Below the pieces are notes generated by a model that saw nothing but the letters and a program-made list of their open reading frames with translations, ran no database searches and was not told where the DNA came from. A stretch of 64,000 bases of DNA from Limnochordia bacterium (GTDB lineage Bacteria; Bacillota; Limnochordia; DTU080): the NCBI GenBank assembly GCA_050951545.1, contig JBMNJG010000012.1, positions 96,001 through 160,000 of the forward strand, written 5' to 3'. This document shows, in pieces, positions 37,489-47,683 of the stretch (positions are counted from its first letter, which is position 1; every line of letters starts with the position of its first letter). Both the position numbers and the translations under genes were made by a program.

Positions 37489-38649
37489 CTATCTCTGTCG
37501 AGTGCCTAGCGCTAAGGCAACCTCGCGTGCTCGAACGCGGGCCTGTCGATCAGCATCAAGGATCTCGTCCACCGAGTTGGGTTCTCTTGCTGTATGATGG
37601 TTCATACACGACTCCACGACACGCGGAATGTCAGTGAAGCGGATGTTCCCATGAAGAAAAAGTTCCACAGCCACTTCGTTTGCTGCATTGAGAACCGCAG
37701 GCATTGTGCCACCAGTTCTACCGGCTGCAAAGGCTAGCTCAAGGCTAGGAAAACGCTGTGTATCTGGTTTTTCAAAAGATAGGTTTCCCATGTTCCATGG
37801 GTCTAGTCGAGATGCTGGCGAATTCAGGCGCTGCGGATGCATGAGCGCCACTTGAATGGGCAGGCGCATGTCGGGAGCACCCAGCTGCGCGATGATGGAA
37901 CCGTCAACCAACTCAACCATGGAATGCACAATGGACTGTGGATGGATGATGACTTGGATGTCGTCCCACGCGGCGTCAAAGAGCCAGCGCGCTTCAATCA
38001 CCTCTAGCCCTTTGTTCATAAGGGTGGCAGAGTCGATCGTGATCTTGTTCCCCATAGCCCACGTTGGGTGACGCAGAGCATCGCTTGGTGTCATGTCACG
38101 TAGCTTCTCACCCGGAGTGCAGCGGAAGGGGCCTCCGGAGGCCGTCAGATAGAGACGGTGAAAAGACCCGCCGCTAGCCTGCAAACACTGGAAGATAGCT
38201 GAGTGTTCGCTGTCAATCGGTAGCATCTGCCCCCCGTGTTGGGCAACCGCAGCAGTTACCAGGGCCCCTCCGGCGACCAGGGCCTCTTTGTTGGCTAGGC
38301 AAATGCGCTTGCCGCATTCAGCGGCAGCGTGAGTCGGCGCCAATCCCCGAGCGCCAACCACAGCCACCACGACGCTGTCGACATCCGGCAAGGAGGCACA
38401 TTCGATCAGTCCGGCATCACCTGTGACAATGCGAATGTGCGGCGCGAGACGCTTTTTGAGCTCAGGAACCAAGCGTGGATCGCCGATGCAGACGACACTG
38501 GGTCGGTACAGCTTAGCTTGTTTGACAAGGAGATCGACATTGCTGCCTGCGGCCAGAGCTTCAACTGAGAACCGCGATCGATGGTAATCTACGACCTCAA
38601 GGGTGTTTCGTCCGATGGAACCCGTAGAGCCTAGTATCGCCAAGCGCAT
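37489..38649 (-). CDS. dxr: 1-deoxy-D-xylulose-5-phosphate reductoisomerase
   Basis: ILGSTGSIG, LANKE, PIDSEH, KITIDSAT; start chosen by RBS spacing. Confidence 0.96.
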   Translation of the reverse strand: MRLAILGSTGSIGRNTLEVVDYHRSRFSVEALAAGSNVDLLVKQAKLYRPSVVCIGDPRLVPELKKRLAPHIRIVTGDAGLIECASLPDVDSVVVAVVGARGLAPTHAAAECGKRICLANKEALVAGGALVTAAVAQHGGQMLPIDSEHSAIFQCLQASGGSFHRLYLTASGGPFRCTPGEKLRDMTPSDALRHPTWAMGNKITIDSATLMNKGLEVIEARWLFDAAWDDIQVIIHPQSIVHSMVELVDGSIIAQLGAPDMRLPIQVALMHPQRLNSPASRLDPWNMGNLSFEKPDTQRFPSLELAFAAGRTGGTMPAVLNAANEVAVELFLHGNIRFTDIPRVVESCMNHHTAREPNSVDEILDADRQARVRAREVALALGTRQR

Positions 38650-38682
38650 AGTCATCGTCTCCTTGGTGGCTACACTACCGAC

Positions 38683-38692
38683 ATTATACCAT
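38683..38692 (-). promoter_or_regulatory. Extended -10 promoter upstream of dxr
   Basis: TGGTATAAT in the ytvI-dxr gap. Confidence 0.5.
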
Positions 38693-38724
38693 TTGTGCCC
38701 GGCCCTTCCAGCCAAAGGCTACCA

Positions 38725-39729
38725 TCAATGCGTCCAGCCCAGCCAGAGTGCTTTCAGCGTGATGGCTAGAAGTGGTCCCATGAAGAGGCCAGGAAAACCC
38801 CAGAAACGCACACCAAAATAGATGGCCGCTAGGCTAGTCAAGGGATGCAGATTTGCCTGTCCGGCAATGAGTAATGGCTCGATTCCTTGTCTGATCAGAA
38901 GCACCAGCCCCAAACTGGTTGCCAACCCCGCCGCCACCGCCTTGCTTCCAGTGAGCCATTGCCACACCGCCAAAGGAACGAACAGAGTGCCAGGACCCAT
39001 GAGCGGGATGATGTCCAATATGCCTGCCAGCGTGCCTAGCAACCAAGCATAGGGCATTCCGAAGATCAGCAGGCTTGCGGTACATAAGACAGCTGAGACG
39101 GCGACGAGCAGGACTTGCGCTCGCACAAAGCCAACCATCCCAGCAAAGATGCCACGATTGAGCTCGGCACCTCGTCTGCGCCAGGAGGGGGGAAGACTGG
39201 CGACAAGCGAGCGAGCCAGGGCTCTGCCGTCTCGAGCCAGAAAGAAAGCGGCCAAGACAGCCACAACGAGCCTGGCCAAAGCGCTGGGCAGCTCTGCCAC
39301 AGCAGCAAAGAACCCCCCCACCAGTAGTTCAAGAGTCTGGGCAAGCTGACTGGTTGAACTGCGTATGAGGTCGTAGACAGGCGGAGGAAGCTCTGCAACC
39401 AGTTGGTTGAGCCAGACAATCTTAGTTAGTACCTCGTACCTGAACTCGGGAAGCTTTTCTGCGAGCTGATTCACATCCTGCACGACGTTGAGCACTACAA
39501 GAATAAGGGAACCAGCCACCAACACGGCTAACCCCGCTAGAAGGAGTAGCACCGCTAGCCCCCGCGGCAGTCCAAGCTTCTCCAACCGGTTTGCGGGCTG
39601 ATCAATGAGAGCTGCCAAGAGAAGAGCTAAAAGGAAAGGTCCCACAAACGGTGACAGGAAACTGACAGCTGCTAACGCAAGCATGGAGGTCAGAAAGATG
39701 ATGAGCCCTTTTTCGAGAGAGTAGGCCAT
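38725..39729 (-). CDS. ytvI: YtvI-like / AI-2E family integral membrane protein
   Basis: PFLLALLLA...P, DIIP..GPG...VP, IRQ.IEP, LHPL, GP; cdsA-ytvI-dxr synteny. Confidence 0.8.
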   Translation of the reverse strand: MAYSLEKGLIIFLTSMLALAAVSFLSPFVGPFLLALLLAALIDQPANRLEKLGLPRGLAVLLLLAGLAVLVAGSLILVVLNVVQDVNQLAEKLPEFRYEVLTKIVWLNQLVAELPPPVYDLIRSSTSQLAQTLELLVGGFFAAVAELPSALARLVVAVLAAFFLARDGRALARSLVASLPPSWRRRGAELNRGIFAGMVGFVRAQVLLVAVSAVLCTASLLIFGMPYAWLLGTLAGILDIIPLMGPGTLFVPLAVWQWLTGSKAVAAGLATSLGLVLLIRQGIEPLLIAGQANLHPLTSLAAIYFGVRFWGFPGLFMGPLLAITLKALWLGWTH

Positions 39730-39753
39730 CCACCTTGCCCCTCCCGGCGCGGC

Positions 39754-40530
39754 TCACCCCAAGAGGAGCCGCAGTAAGTAGACAGCGACACCCGCCAAGA
39801 GCATGCTGTCAAAGCGGTCTAGTATGCCTCCATGTCCTGGCAGCAAAGACCCGGCGTCCTTAACCCCAGCCTCGCGCTTCATCGCCGATTCCACCAGGTC
39901 GCCTATTTCAGCAGCCAAGGCCACCGTCATCCCCAGTACAGCTGCATACCATAGAGGCCATTGTACCGCCAAGCCAAGGCCTATCCCAGCGACCAGCCCG
40001 CCAAACACCCCAGCTAGGGCCCCCTCTACCGTTTTGTTGGGGCTAATTGTGGGGGCAAACGCTGTTCGCCCATACGCGCGGCCGACAAAGAAGGCAAAGC
40101 TATCAGCACACCAGGTTCCTAGCACAGCCAGAAGCACTGGAGCTAGACCGTCAGCACGGACAAGAAACAGGAAGGCAAAGAGGCCGACATACAGACTACC
40201 CATGCAGATAGCTGCTCCGCGCTGCAGTACACGCCCGCCCGAGACACTAAGTTCTCCGACCAAAGCCACGATAGTAATGAGTGCTATCGCCAGGGGCCAA
40301 GACCAAGTTACATGCAAAGAAGCATATGCTGCGATGAGCAGTGTCAACCCACCAACCGCGATCGAAAGGCCCGTACCGTGGCACCCGAGACGTTCGTAAA
40401 AGCGCCCCATCTCGAAGCCTGCAAGCACAGATAACACTGCCAGAAGGGCAAACCAAGCCCAGCCTCCCATACATAGCAGAACCAAGAAGATAGGGATCCA
40501 GAACAGAGCCGTCAGAACGCGTGCGAGCAA
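39754..40530 (-). CDS. cdsA: Phosphatidate cytidylyltransferase
   Basis: ISPNKTVEG, GDLVESAMKR..GVKD, PGHGGILDRFDS. Confidence 0.96.
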   Translation of the reverse strand: MLARVLTALFWIPIFLVLLCMGGWAWFALLAVLSVLAGFEMGRFYERLGCHGTGLSIAVGGLTLLIAAYASLHVTWSWPLAIALITIVALVGELSVSGGRVLQRGAAICMGSLYVGLFAFLFLVRADGLAPVLLAVLGTWCADSFAFFVGRAYGRTAFAPTISPNKTVEGALAGVFGGLVAGIGLGLAVQWPLWYAAVLGMTVALAAEIGDLVESAMKREAGVKDAGSLLPGHGGILDRFDSMLLAGVAVYLLRLLLG

Positions 40531-40534
40531 GCTC

Positions 40535-41266
40535 TCACACCTTTCCGAATCGGCGCTGGCGTCTTTGAAACTCCATCAGCGCTTGATACAAGTGCGTCTC
40601 ACGGAAATCGGGCCAGTACTCGTCTATCACATAAAGCTCCGTATAGGCCACTTGCCACAGCAGGAAGTTGCTAATGCGGAACTCGCCACCCGTACGAATG
40701 AGCAGGTCAGGGTCAGGCGTCCCAGCCGTACTTAGGTGCGCTGCAAGGCACTCCTCGTCGATTGCTTCGGGGCTCAGTTCGCCTCGCGCGACACGTACGC
40801 ACAGGGCTCGCACCCCGTCCACCAGCTCCGCTCGGGCGCCATAGTTAAAGGCGATAAGCAGCTGCAGCCCCTGGTTGTTGGCGGTAAGCTTCTCGGCGTG
40901 CTCAATGCGCCGAAGTGTGGATGCAGGAAGACCTGTCCTTCTTCCAATCACTTTCACCATGACGTCGTTGGCATGCAACTGGCCGATGTAGTACTGGAAA
41001 ACCTCCTCCAAGAGGCGGAGCAGGAAGCTCACTTCGTCTTTGGGCCTGCCCCAGTTTTCTGTGGAAAAGGCGTAGACGGTAAGAACCTCGATGCCCCATT
41101 CACTACAAGCACGAACACAAGTGACCAGACTATCGACACCAGCCTTGTGGCCTGCGGCACGTGGCAATCCACGCTGTAGAGCCCAACGCCCATTGCCATC
41201 CATGATGATGGCCACGTGTTGGGGAGGGTTCTCAGGTTTGGCAAAAGTGCATTCCTCTCGTCTCAC
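40535..41266 (-). CDS. uppS: Undecaprenyl diphosphate synthase
   Basis: HVAIIMDGNGRWA, FSTENW, RTGGEFRISNFLLWQ. Confidence 0.97.
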   Translation of the reverse strand: MRREECTFAKPENPPQHVAIIMDGNGRWALQRGLPRAAGHKAGVDSLVTCVRACSEWGIEVLTVYAFSTENWGRPKDEVSFLLRLLEEVFQYYIGQLHANDVMVKVIGRRTGLPASTLRRIEHAEKLTANNQGLQLLIAFNYGARAELVDGVRALCVRVARGELSPEAIDEECLAAHLSTAGTPDPDLLIRTGGEFRISNFLLWQVAYTELYVIDEYWPDFRETHLYQALMEFQRRQRRFGKV

Positions 41267-41353
41267 TCAACGCTGACCCCTTTGAAAACCTTTCGCCGCT
41301 AGGGCATCGACATAGGAGCCGATTGTCAAGCTGCTCCAGACCTGGTCGTACTG

Positions 41354-41569
41354 TTACCAACACTCAGGGCACACGATAAGCAAGACGCTATCGGCGCTGA
41401 CCGCGCGTACTGCCACAACCCTAAGGGTGTCGTCCTCTTCATCCACAGCACAGACAACGCCTCCATCTCGTGGGGCTTGGATCAGCAAAATGGAGGTACC
41501 TATATCCAGAGCCCGGCATTCCTCCCGGGCTCTGGACAGCTCCCAGCCTATGACATCGGGCAGGTCCAA
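41354..41569 (-). CDS. Small cytoplasmic PASTA-like hypothetical protein
   Basis: LPDVIG..L..A start and LRVV..R segment; fills the frr-uppS gap; GAGGTG upstream. Confidence 0.55.
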   Translation of the reverse strand: MDLPDVIGWELSRAREECRALDIGTSILLIQAPRDGGVVCAVDEEDDTLRVVAVRAVSADSVLLIVCPECW

Positions 41570-41598
41570 GTTCAGTTCAGCGCACCTCGCGAATCCGT

Positions 41599-42156
41599 CT
41601 AGATCTCCATAATCTCTTGTTCTTTGGTCTGCAGAAGCGCGTCGATCTCCTTGATATATTTGTCAGTAAGCTCCTGGGACTGCTTCTCAGCTCGTTTGGC
41701 TTCGTCCTCGGAGATATCGCCATCTTTCTGCAGAGCTTTCAGCTGATCGTTAGCATCACGCCTGATATTGCGCACAGCCACGCGTTTGTCCTCGGCTTCT
41801 TTGCGCACTAAGCGTACAAGGTCCTTGCGGCGCTCCTCGGTAAGGGGTGGAATGGCTAACCTAATGATCTGCCCGTCATTCATAGGTGTCAATCCTAGGT
41901 CAGACTGGAGAATCGCTCGCTCGACTTCCTTGAGGGCAGAACGGTCCCAAGGCTGGATCGTGATCAAGCGAGGTTCTGGCACCGACACTGTTGCCAGCTG
42001 AGAGATCGGGGTGGGTGTTCCATAGTAGCTAACTGAAACACGATCAAGGATAGCGGGGTTGGCTCTGCCCGTACGCACGACGGCGAAGTCTCTCTTGGTA
42101 GCAGCTATGACACCCTTCATCTTATTCTCTGCATCGTTGAGCACACCGCGAATCAT
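41599..42156 (-). CDS. frr: Ribosome recycling factor
   Basis: RTGRANP, YYGTPTP, PPLTEERRK. Confidence 0.97.
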   Translation of the reverse strand: MIRGVLNDAENKMKGVIAATKRDFAVVRTGRANPAILDRVSVSYYGTPTPISQLATVSVPEPRLITIQPWDRSALKEVERAILQSDLGLTPMNDGQIIRLAIPPLTEERRKDLVRLVRKEAEDKRVAVRNIRRDANDQLKALQKDGDISEDEAKRAEKQSQELTDKYIKEIDALLQTKEQEIMEI

Positions 42157-42192
42157 GTGCCGCCTCCTTTGTAAATCGTGTCTTGTCGCGAC

Positions 42193-42936
42193 TTATTTCG
42201 CTGAGTTCTTAGGCACCATTCCCACAACCGTACCGATCTTTTCGCCTCTGACGGCGCGCAGGATGTTTCCGGGCTTATCAAAGTTGAAGACAATGATAGG
42301 AATGCCATTATCCATACACAGGGAGGTGGCAGTGGCATCCATGACACGCAACCCCTGCTGCAAGACTTGAATGTACTCCAAGCGGTCATACTTACGGGCT
42401 GTGGGGTTGGTTCGCGGATCGGCATCGTAGACCCCGTCCACACCGCGCTTGGCCATGAGAATAACCTCGGCATCCACTTCTGCGGCTCGCAAGGCCGCAG
42501 TTGTGTCAGTGGTGAAGAACGGGTTTCCGGTACCCGCGGCGAAAATAACCACCCTGCCCTTTTCCAAGTGGCGAATGGCGCGCCGGCGAATGTAGGGTTC
42601 TGCTACTGGTCGCATTTCTATGGCGGTCTGCAGACGGGTGACAAGTCCGATCTGCTCCATCGCATCCTGCAACGCGAGAGCGTTGATTACAGTGGCCAGC
42701 ATTCCAGCGTAGTCAGCTGTACCCCGGTCCATCCCCCGCTCGCTAGCAGCTGCTCCCCGCCAGATATTGCCACCGCCAACCACGACACATACTTCAACAC
42801 CTGCATCGAAGACTTCCTTGATCTCCGCGGCGATGCGGGCCACAACCTCCAAGTCGATGCCAAAGCCTTGGTGGCCAGCCATTGATTCGCCGCTGAGTTT
42901 AACAATGATGCGTGAGTACTGGGTGCGCGCAGACAT
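42193..42936 (-). CDS. pyrH: Uridylate kinase
   Basis: [22 protein letters not shown]; AAGGAGG RBS. Confidence 0.97.
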   Translation of the reverse strand: MSARTQYSRIIVKLSGESMAGHQGFGIDLEVVARIAAEIKEVFDAGVEVCVVVGGGNIWRGAAASERGMDRGTADYAGMLATVINALALQDAMEQIGLVTRLQTAIEMRPVAEPYIRRRAIRHLEKGRVVIFAAGTGNPFFTTDTTAALRAAEVDAEVILMAKRGVDGVYDADPRTNPTARKYDRLEYIQVLQQGLRVMDATATSLCMDNGIPIIVFNFDKPGNILRAVRGEKIGTVVGMVPKNSAK

Positions 42937-42973
42937 GTGGGGCCTCCTTTGTACTGCCGTAGGTCTTAGGCAA

Positions 42974-43585
42974 TTACAGGTCGCGAAGCCCTTCTCCCAT
43001 TTCATAGCGAACAAAGCGCCGTACAGACATGTTCTCACCCATCGTAGCGATGTTCTCCTTGATGAGATCCTCTACCGTCTTGTCAGTATCTTTGATGAAA
43101 GGCTGCTCTAGGAGACATGCCTCTTTGTAGAATCTCTCAAGTTTTCCATTGACGATGCGGTCGATGATCTTCTCCGGCTTTCCCTCGTTACGGGCTGTTG
43201 CGGCATACACGGCACGTTCCTCTTCGATGAGGCTCGCGGGAACGTCCTCACGCCTCACGAAGGAAGGACGCGAAGCGGCCACTTGCATAGCTAGGTCGCG
43301 GACAAGCGTCTTGAAGATCTCATTTTTGGCGACGAAGTCGGTTTCGCAGTTGACCTCGATCAGTACTCCTATGCGGCCACCAGCATGAATGTAAGCGTCA
43401 ACAGTACCCTCATTGGCAGTCCTTCCGGCCTTCTTAGCCGCTGCGGCGAGTCCTTTTTCCCGCAGAAATGTGATAGCTTTCTCCACATCCCCGTTCGTCT
43501 CTTGCAGCGCTTTCTTGCAGTCCATAATGCCTGCCTGAGTGCGTTCGCGCAACTCTTTGACCATGCCCATCGAAATGTCCACCAC
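42974..43585 (-). CDS. tsf: Elongation factor Ts (short form)
   Basis: [24 protein letters not shown]. Confidence 0.96.
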   Translation of the reverse strand: MVDISMGMVKELRERTQAGIMDCKKALQETNGDVEKAITFLREKGLAAAAKKAGRTANEGTVDAYIHAGGRIGVLIEVNCETDFVAKNEIFKTLVRDLAMQVAASRPSFVRREDVPASLIEEERAVYAATARNEGKPEKIIDRIVNGKLERFYKEACLLEQPFIKDTDKTVEDLIKENIATMGENMSVRRFVRYEMGEGLRDL

Positions 43586-43656
43586 TATCGGATCACACTC
43601 CTACACAATCAAATCCAGCAAAGGGGCGGCCCATCGAAACCGCCGCCCCGGACGTC

Positions 43657-44445
43657 CTACGCTTCCACGAGTTCTTCTGCGTCTGCTGCCTCATCCCCTG
43701 CGGACTCGTCGCTATCGAAGCTTTCCCCTGTGTCAGCATGGGGTTCTTCAGCTGCTTCCTCACGACCTTCGAGCCCTTCGATGATCGCGTCTGCCATCTT
43801 CCCTGTTAGAAGTCTGATGGCACGAATGGCATCATCGTTTCCGGGAATCACGAAGTCGATCTCATCGGGATCACAGTTAGTGTCCACGATGGCGATGATG
43901 GGTATGTGCAACTTGCGAGCTTCAGCAACTGCATTTCGTTCTTTGCGGGGATCGATCACAAAAACGGCAGCTGGCAAACGATTCATGTTGCGCACGCCGC
44001 CGACGAATCTCTCAAGACGCTCTTTCTCTTTGAGAAGCTCAAGGACTTCTTTCTTGGGTAGAACCTCGAAAGAGCCATCAGTCTCCATCGTCTCAAGCTG
44101 TTTGAGGCGCTGAATGCGTCCGCGCAAAGTCTTGAAGTTGGTCAGCATGCCACCGAGCCAGCGCGTATTCACATAGGGCATGCCGCAGCGCCCGGCTTCA
44201 GTGTTGACAGTTTCCTGTGCCTGCTTTTTTGTACCTACAAAAAGAAGCATGCCTCCGTCGGCAGCCATGTCCTTGACAAAGGTATATGCCTCTTCGACTT
44301 TGCGCACAGTTTTCTGCAGATCGATGATGTAGATACCGTTGCGCTCTGTGAAGATATAAGGAGCCATCTTCGGATTCCAGCGTCTAGTTTGGTGCCCAAA
44401 ATGCACTCCTGCCTCTAGGAGCTGCTTCATAGAAATCACTGCCAT
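43657..44445 (-). CDS. rpsB: 30S ribosomal protein S2
   Basis: [27 protein letters not shown]. Confidence 0.98.
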   Translation of the reverse strand: MAVISMKQLLEAGVHFGHQTRRWNPKMAPYIFTERNGIYIIDLQKTVRKVEEAYTFVKDMAADGGMLLFVGTKKQAQETVNTEAGRCGMPYVNTRWLGGMLTNFKTLRGRIQRLKQLETMETDGSFEVLPKKEVLELLKEKERLERFVGGVRNMNRLPAAVFVIDPRKERNAVAEARKLHIPIIAIVDTNCDPDEIDFVIPGNDDAIRAIRLLTGKMADAIIEGLEGREEAAEEPHADTGESFDSDESAGDEAADAEELVEA

Positions 44446-44459
44446 CAACGTACCTCCCT

Positions 44460-44545
44460 AGGTTAGACCTCCGGATCCATCTTCCTCTCCGAAAACCCGC
44501 GTGCTTGCCGCGGGCACCAGCCGGCCAGTCCGGATCCGTGTGTAA
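44460..44545 (-). ncRNA. rpsB (S2 / t44-like) leader RNA
   Basis: TACACAC...GGTGC...CGGAGG pattern with GGATCC/GGATCC outer stem in the rpsB 5' UTR. Confidence 0.7.
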
Positions 44546-44559
44546 TTTGGCCATCGCTA

Positions 44560-44588
44560 AGTATACCATGAACAACAGACCCCATCAA
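44560..44588 (-). promoter_or_regulatory. Sigma-A promoter of rpsB-tsf
   Basis: TTGATG-N17-TATACT with TG extension. Confidence 0.7.
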
Positions 44589-44604
44589 TATCCACATCAG
44601 GCGT

Positions 44605-45495
44605 CTACTGAGGCAATAGGGCTGTGATCTTCACCGCTAGGCTGCCGTCGTCTTGCACCACCAGGTCACCGATAGCTAGAGGGTAGTCATTGGCGTGAAG
44701 ACGCACAGGTTGGTTAGGCGCGAGCACCAAGGGAATGAGACTATCGATCTTCCAGAGCGCTACGCTGCGCACGGTAAGCTGGACAGCAGGGACCATAACG
44801 CTGATCGACAACGGGATTTCGGCGACCAGTGAAGAGACCACTGGTGAACATGCCTCCTCAACTCCTGTCGCCGCCGCTGTGGTTGACGGGCATAGCTGAG
44901 CCAAGGCCTCTGGTGACATGAGTACATAGACAGCCCGGGTTTTCTCGTCTGTGGAGTAGAAGGGTATCACCACGATCTGAGCCTCGCTATCGATCGCTGG
45001 TTCTGCACCACCGCATGCTCCTATGTCCCAGCGTCGGGGAGACTGCGAGCGCCAGACAGCTCGACGGGCACCATCGGACATGGCCAAGGCCGCCACAGAC
45101 TCGGTGATCATGTATTCGATGACGCGACGCCACGCGGCAAACGGTGCATGTGCATTGGTGCTCCCGTTGGCCCGGTTGGCTGTCTCGTCTAGATGATAGG
45201 CGGTTAGGCTGGTTGTCGCCACTAATACAGATAACGCAGGGCTAGACGACTGAGTCTCGACGAGAACAAGCCTGGTGCCTACCGAGACATCCATGGCCAG
45301 CGGAAGCTTGTCCCACGTCGAGAGTGATGGTTTTCCCGGCTCAAATCGACAGAACGAACCTAGGAGTGCCTCCAAACACTCCACTGCTTTCTGTGAGAAC
45401 CTGTCAAGTGCTTTTTCATCGACTGACGCGTAAGGCTGCCCGGCCCCACTGCCGAGCAGAGCCTCCAATTCCTGACGAGATAGAGCCATGGCCAC
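44605..45495 (-). CDS. Divergent FliY/FliM/FliN-like switch protein (C-terminal SpoA domain)
   Basis: N-terminal LSRQELEALL resembles the CheY-binding LSQ.EIDALL; C-terminal EIPLSISV...PV.L.AN...A.GD.VV....AV.IT; GGGAGGG RBS. Confidence 0.7.
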   Translation of the reverse strand: MAMALSRQELEALLGSGAGQPYASVDEKALDRFSQKAVECLEALLGSFCRFEPGKPSLSTWDKLPLAMDVSVGTRLVLVETQSSSPALSVLVATTSLTAYHLDETANRANGSTNAHAPFAAWRRVIEYMITESVAALAMSDGARRAVWRSQSPRRWDIGACGGAEPAIDSEAQIVVIPFYSTDEKTRAVYVLMSPEALAQLCPSTTAAATGVEEACSPVVSSLVAEIPLSISVMVPAVQLTVRSVALWKIDSLIPLVLAPNQPVRLHANDYPLAIGDLVVQDDGSLAVKITALLPQ

Positions 45496-45525
45496 ATCGA
45501 TTCCCTCCCTGGATAATGATGTGAT

Positions 45526-45631
45526 GCTGTGCGGGCATGTCGGCGGCCTTGGGTTTTCGCCAGCGATGGTGTACGTTGCGGCAGAAGCTTGCCGCAGCCG
45601 CCTCGACTTCCACGCCTGGTTGACCGCCGAC
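45526..45631. repeat. Intergenic structured element, copy B (with extra internal hairpin)
   Basis: GCTGTGCGGGCATGTCGGCGGCCT...TTTTCGCCAGCGATGGTGT...ACGCCTGGTTGACCGCCGAC. Confidence 0.85.
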
Positions 45632-45668
45632 TCCCTGGAAACCCCTGGACATCCCTTCCCTAATCCCG

Positions 45669-47072
45669 CTACAGGATGTAACGGCTTAGATCTACATCGC
45701 CTACCAGCTCACTCAAGTGCTGACGTACGTAATCCGCGGTGATAGTCACTGTTTGCTCCCCGATTTCCGGGGCAGCGAAGGAGAGTTCTTCTAAGAGCTT
45801 TTCGATGATGGTGTGTAGTCGGCGGGCGCCGATATTCTCGGCTCTACTGTTGACTTCCTCGGCCATGCGGGCGATCTCGGCAATGGCCTCGTCGGCAAAC
45901 TCAAGCACCACGCCTTCGGTAGCCATAAGCGCGGCGTACTGCTTGACTAGCGCGTGGCGTGGTTCGGTCAGAATGCGGTAGAAATCGTTTTGGGTCAAGC
46001 TGCTGAGTTCTACGCGAATGGGAAAGCGCCCCTGCAACTCTGGGATGAGATCAGCGGGTTTGGAAATGTGAAAGGCTCCTGCAGCGATAAAAAGAATGTG
46101 ATCGGTGCGCACAGGACCGTACTTGGTATTCACCGTGGTCCCCTCGACGATGGGTAGAATGTCGCGCTGCACCCCCTCGCGAGACACATCCGGACCAGTC
46201 CCCTGCTCGCGACCCGCTATCTTGTCAATCTCATCGATAAACACGATGCCCGATTCCTCAGTGCGCGCTATAGCTTCGGCTGTGGCCGCATCCATATCCA
46301 CGAGTTTCTGTGCTTCCTCTTGCGCTAGGATTCTCCGGGCCTCTCTTACAGAGGCCTTGCGCTTATGCTTTCTCTTCGGTAACACTTGGGTAAAGAAGTC
46401 CTGGAGGTTCATACCCATCTCTTCCATACCTGCTCCGGCGAATACGTCGAAGACATTTGGCCCGCTCTCTTCCACTTCGAACTCCACAATTCGCTCCTCT
46501 AAGAGCCCTTGGCGAAGCTGCGCCCGAAGACTCTCACGGGTGTGATGTAGGCCTTCCTGATTCTCAGGTGCGGTCCCTTCAGTGCTTTCAGGCGGAGCGT
46601 AGCCTGTCATTCCGAACAGAGCGGAGAAAGGATTGGGCCCTGGTTCAACAGTGGGCATGGGGACCAAGATGCTCAGTAAGCGGTCTTCTGTAAGTCGTTC
46701 TGCTTGCTCGCGGACTGCTTCTGTGCGCTCATGTCGCACCATGCGCAAGGAAGTCTCGACCAAGTCGCGGACGATCGACTCTACATCCCGGCCTACATAG
46801 CCAACTTCAGTGAATCGTGTAGCTTCAACCTTGACAAAAGGCGCTGTAGCCAGGCGAGCCAGGCGACGAGCTATTTCTGTCTTGCCGACTCCTGTTGGAC
46901 CAATCATGAGAATATTCTTGGGAGCTACTTCCTCACGCATCTCCACGGGAAGCAGGCGTCGTCGATACCGATTACGCAGTGCAACCGCTACCGCCTTCTT
47001 GGCCTGATCCTGTCCGACAATGTAGCGATCGAGTTCTTCGACAATCTGGCGCGGGGTTAACTCAGGTGCCAT
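45669..47072 (-). CDS. hslU: ATP-dependent protease ATPase HslU/ClpY
   Basis: [39 protein letters not shown]. Confidence 0.97.
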   Translation of the reverse strand: MAPELTPRQIVEELDRYIVGQDQAKKAVAVALRNRYRRRLLPVEMREEVAPKNILMIGPTGVGKTEIARRLARLATAPFVKVEATRFTEVGYVGRDVESIVRDLVETSLRMVRHERTEAVREQAERLTEDRLLSILVPMPTVEPGPNPFSALFGMTGYAPPESTEGTAPENQEGLHHTRESLRAQLRQGLLEERIVEFEVEESGPNVFDVFAGAGMEEMGMNLQDFFTQVLPKRKHKRKASVREARRILAQEEAQKLVDMDAATAEAIARTEESGIVFIDEIDKIAGREQGTGPDVSREGVQRDILPIVEGTTVNTKYGPVRTDHILFIAAGAFHISKPADLIPELQGRFPIRVELSSLTQNDFYRILTEPRHALVKQYAALMATEGVVLEFADEAIAEIARMAEEVNSRAENIGARRLHTIIEKLLEELSFAAPEIGEQTVTITADYVRQHLSELVGDVDLSRYIL

Positions 47073-47619
47073 TGCCTCCGCCTCCTGCCTGAAGCTCCTC
47101 CACCGTGATGTGGTCATTAGTAAACACGCATATCGCTGAAGCAATGCGCAGGGACTCTCGCGCCACATCCACTGGTTCAAGTTGGGTATGGCGCATCAGT
47201 GCTCGCGCCGCAGCGAGAGCATAGGGTCCTCCCGAACCCACTGCTGCAATGCCGTCATCAGGTTCAATGATCTCGCCTGTGCCTGAAACAACGAGAAGCG
47301 AACGAGTGTCCATGACCACCAAGAGAGCCTGCAATTGGCGCAAGGCACGGTCGGTGCGCCACTCTTTTGCCAATTCCACCGAGGCCCGTAACAGGTTGCC
47401 CCGGTATTCCTCTAGGCGACCCTCGAATCTTTCGAAAAGGGTAAAGGCATCAGCTGCTGCGCCGGCAAATCCTGCCAGCACAGTATTGTGGTATAGGCGG
47501 CGAACCTTACGGGCGGTGTGCTTTATGATAGTGTGCTCACCTAGGGTCACTTGACCGTCGCCTGCCAAGGCCCCTGATGACCCTCTTTTTACGCCGATAA
47601 TGGTCGTACAGCGGATCAT
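47062..47619 (-). CDS. hslV: ATP-dependent protease subunit HslV/ClpQ
   Basis: [19 protein letters not shown]. Confidence 0.97.
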   Translation of the reverse strand: MIRCTTIIGVKRGSSGALAGDGQVTLGEHTIIKHTARKVRRLYHNTVLAGFAGAAADAFTLFERFEGRLEEYRGNLLRASVELAKEWRTDRALRQLQALLVVMDTRSLLVVSGTGEIIEPDDGIAAVGSGGPYALAAARALMRHTQLEPVDVARESLRIASAICVFTNDHITVEELQAGGGGNGT

Positions 47620-47683
47620 CCGGTCGCTCCCCTTTCGCTGTCTGACTACCACAACGAGAGTGTCCAAAAAGCACTGCCACGCG

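Noticed and set aside
38725-39729. ytvI inserted between cdsA and dxr as a novelty
   Set aside because: This arrangement is common in spore-forming Clostridia
42960-43000. Possible frameshift truncating tsf
   Set aside because: Short EF-Ts forms of about 200 aa are known, and I saw no typical C-terminal helix in another frame
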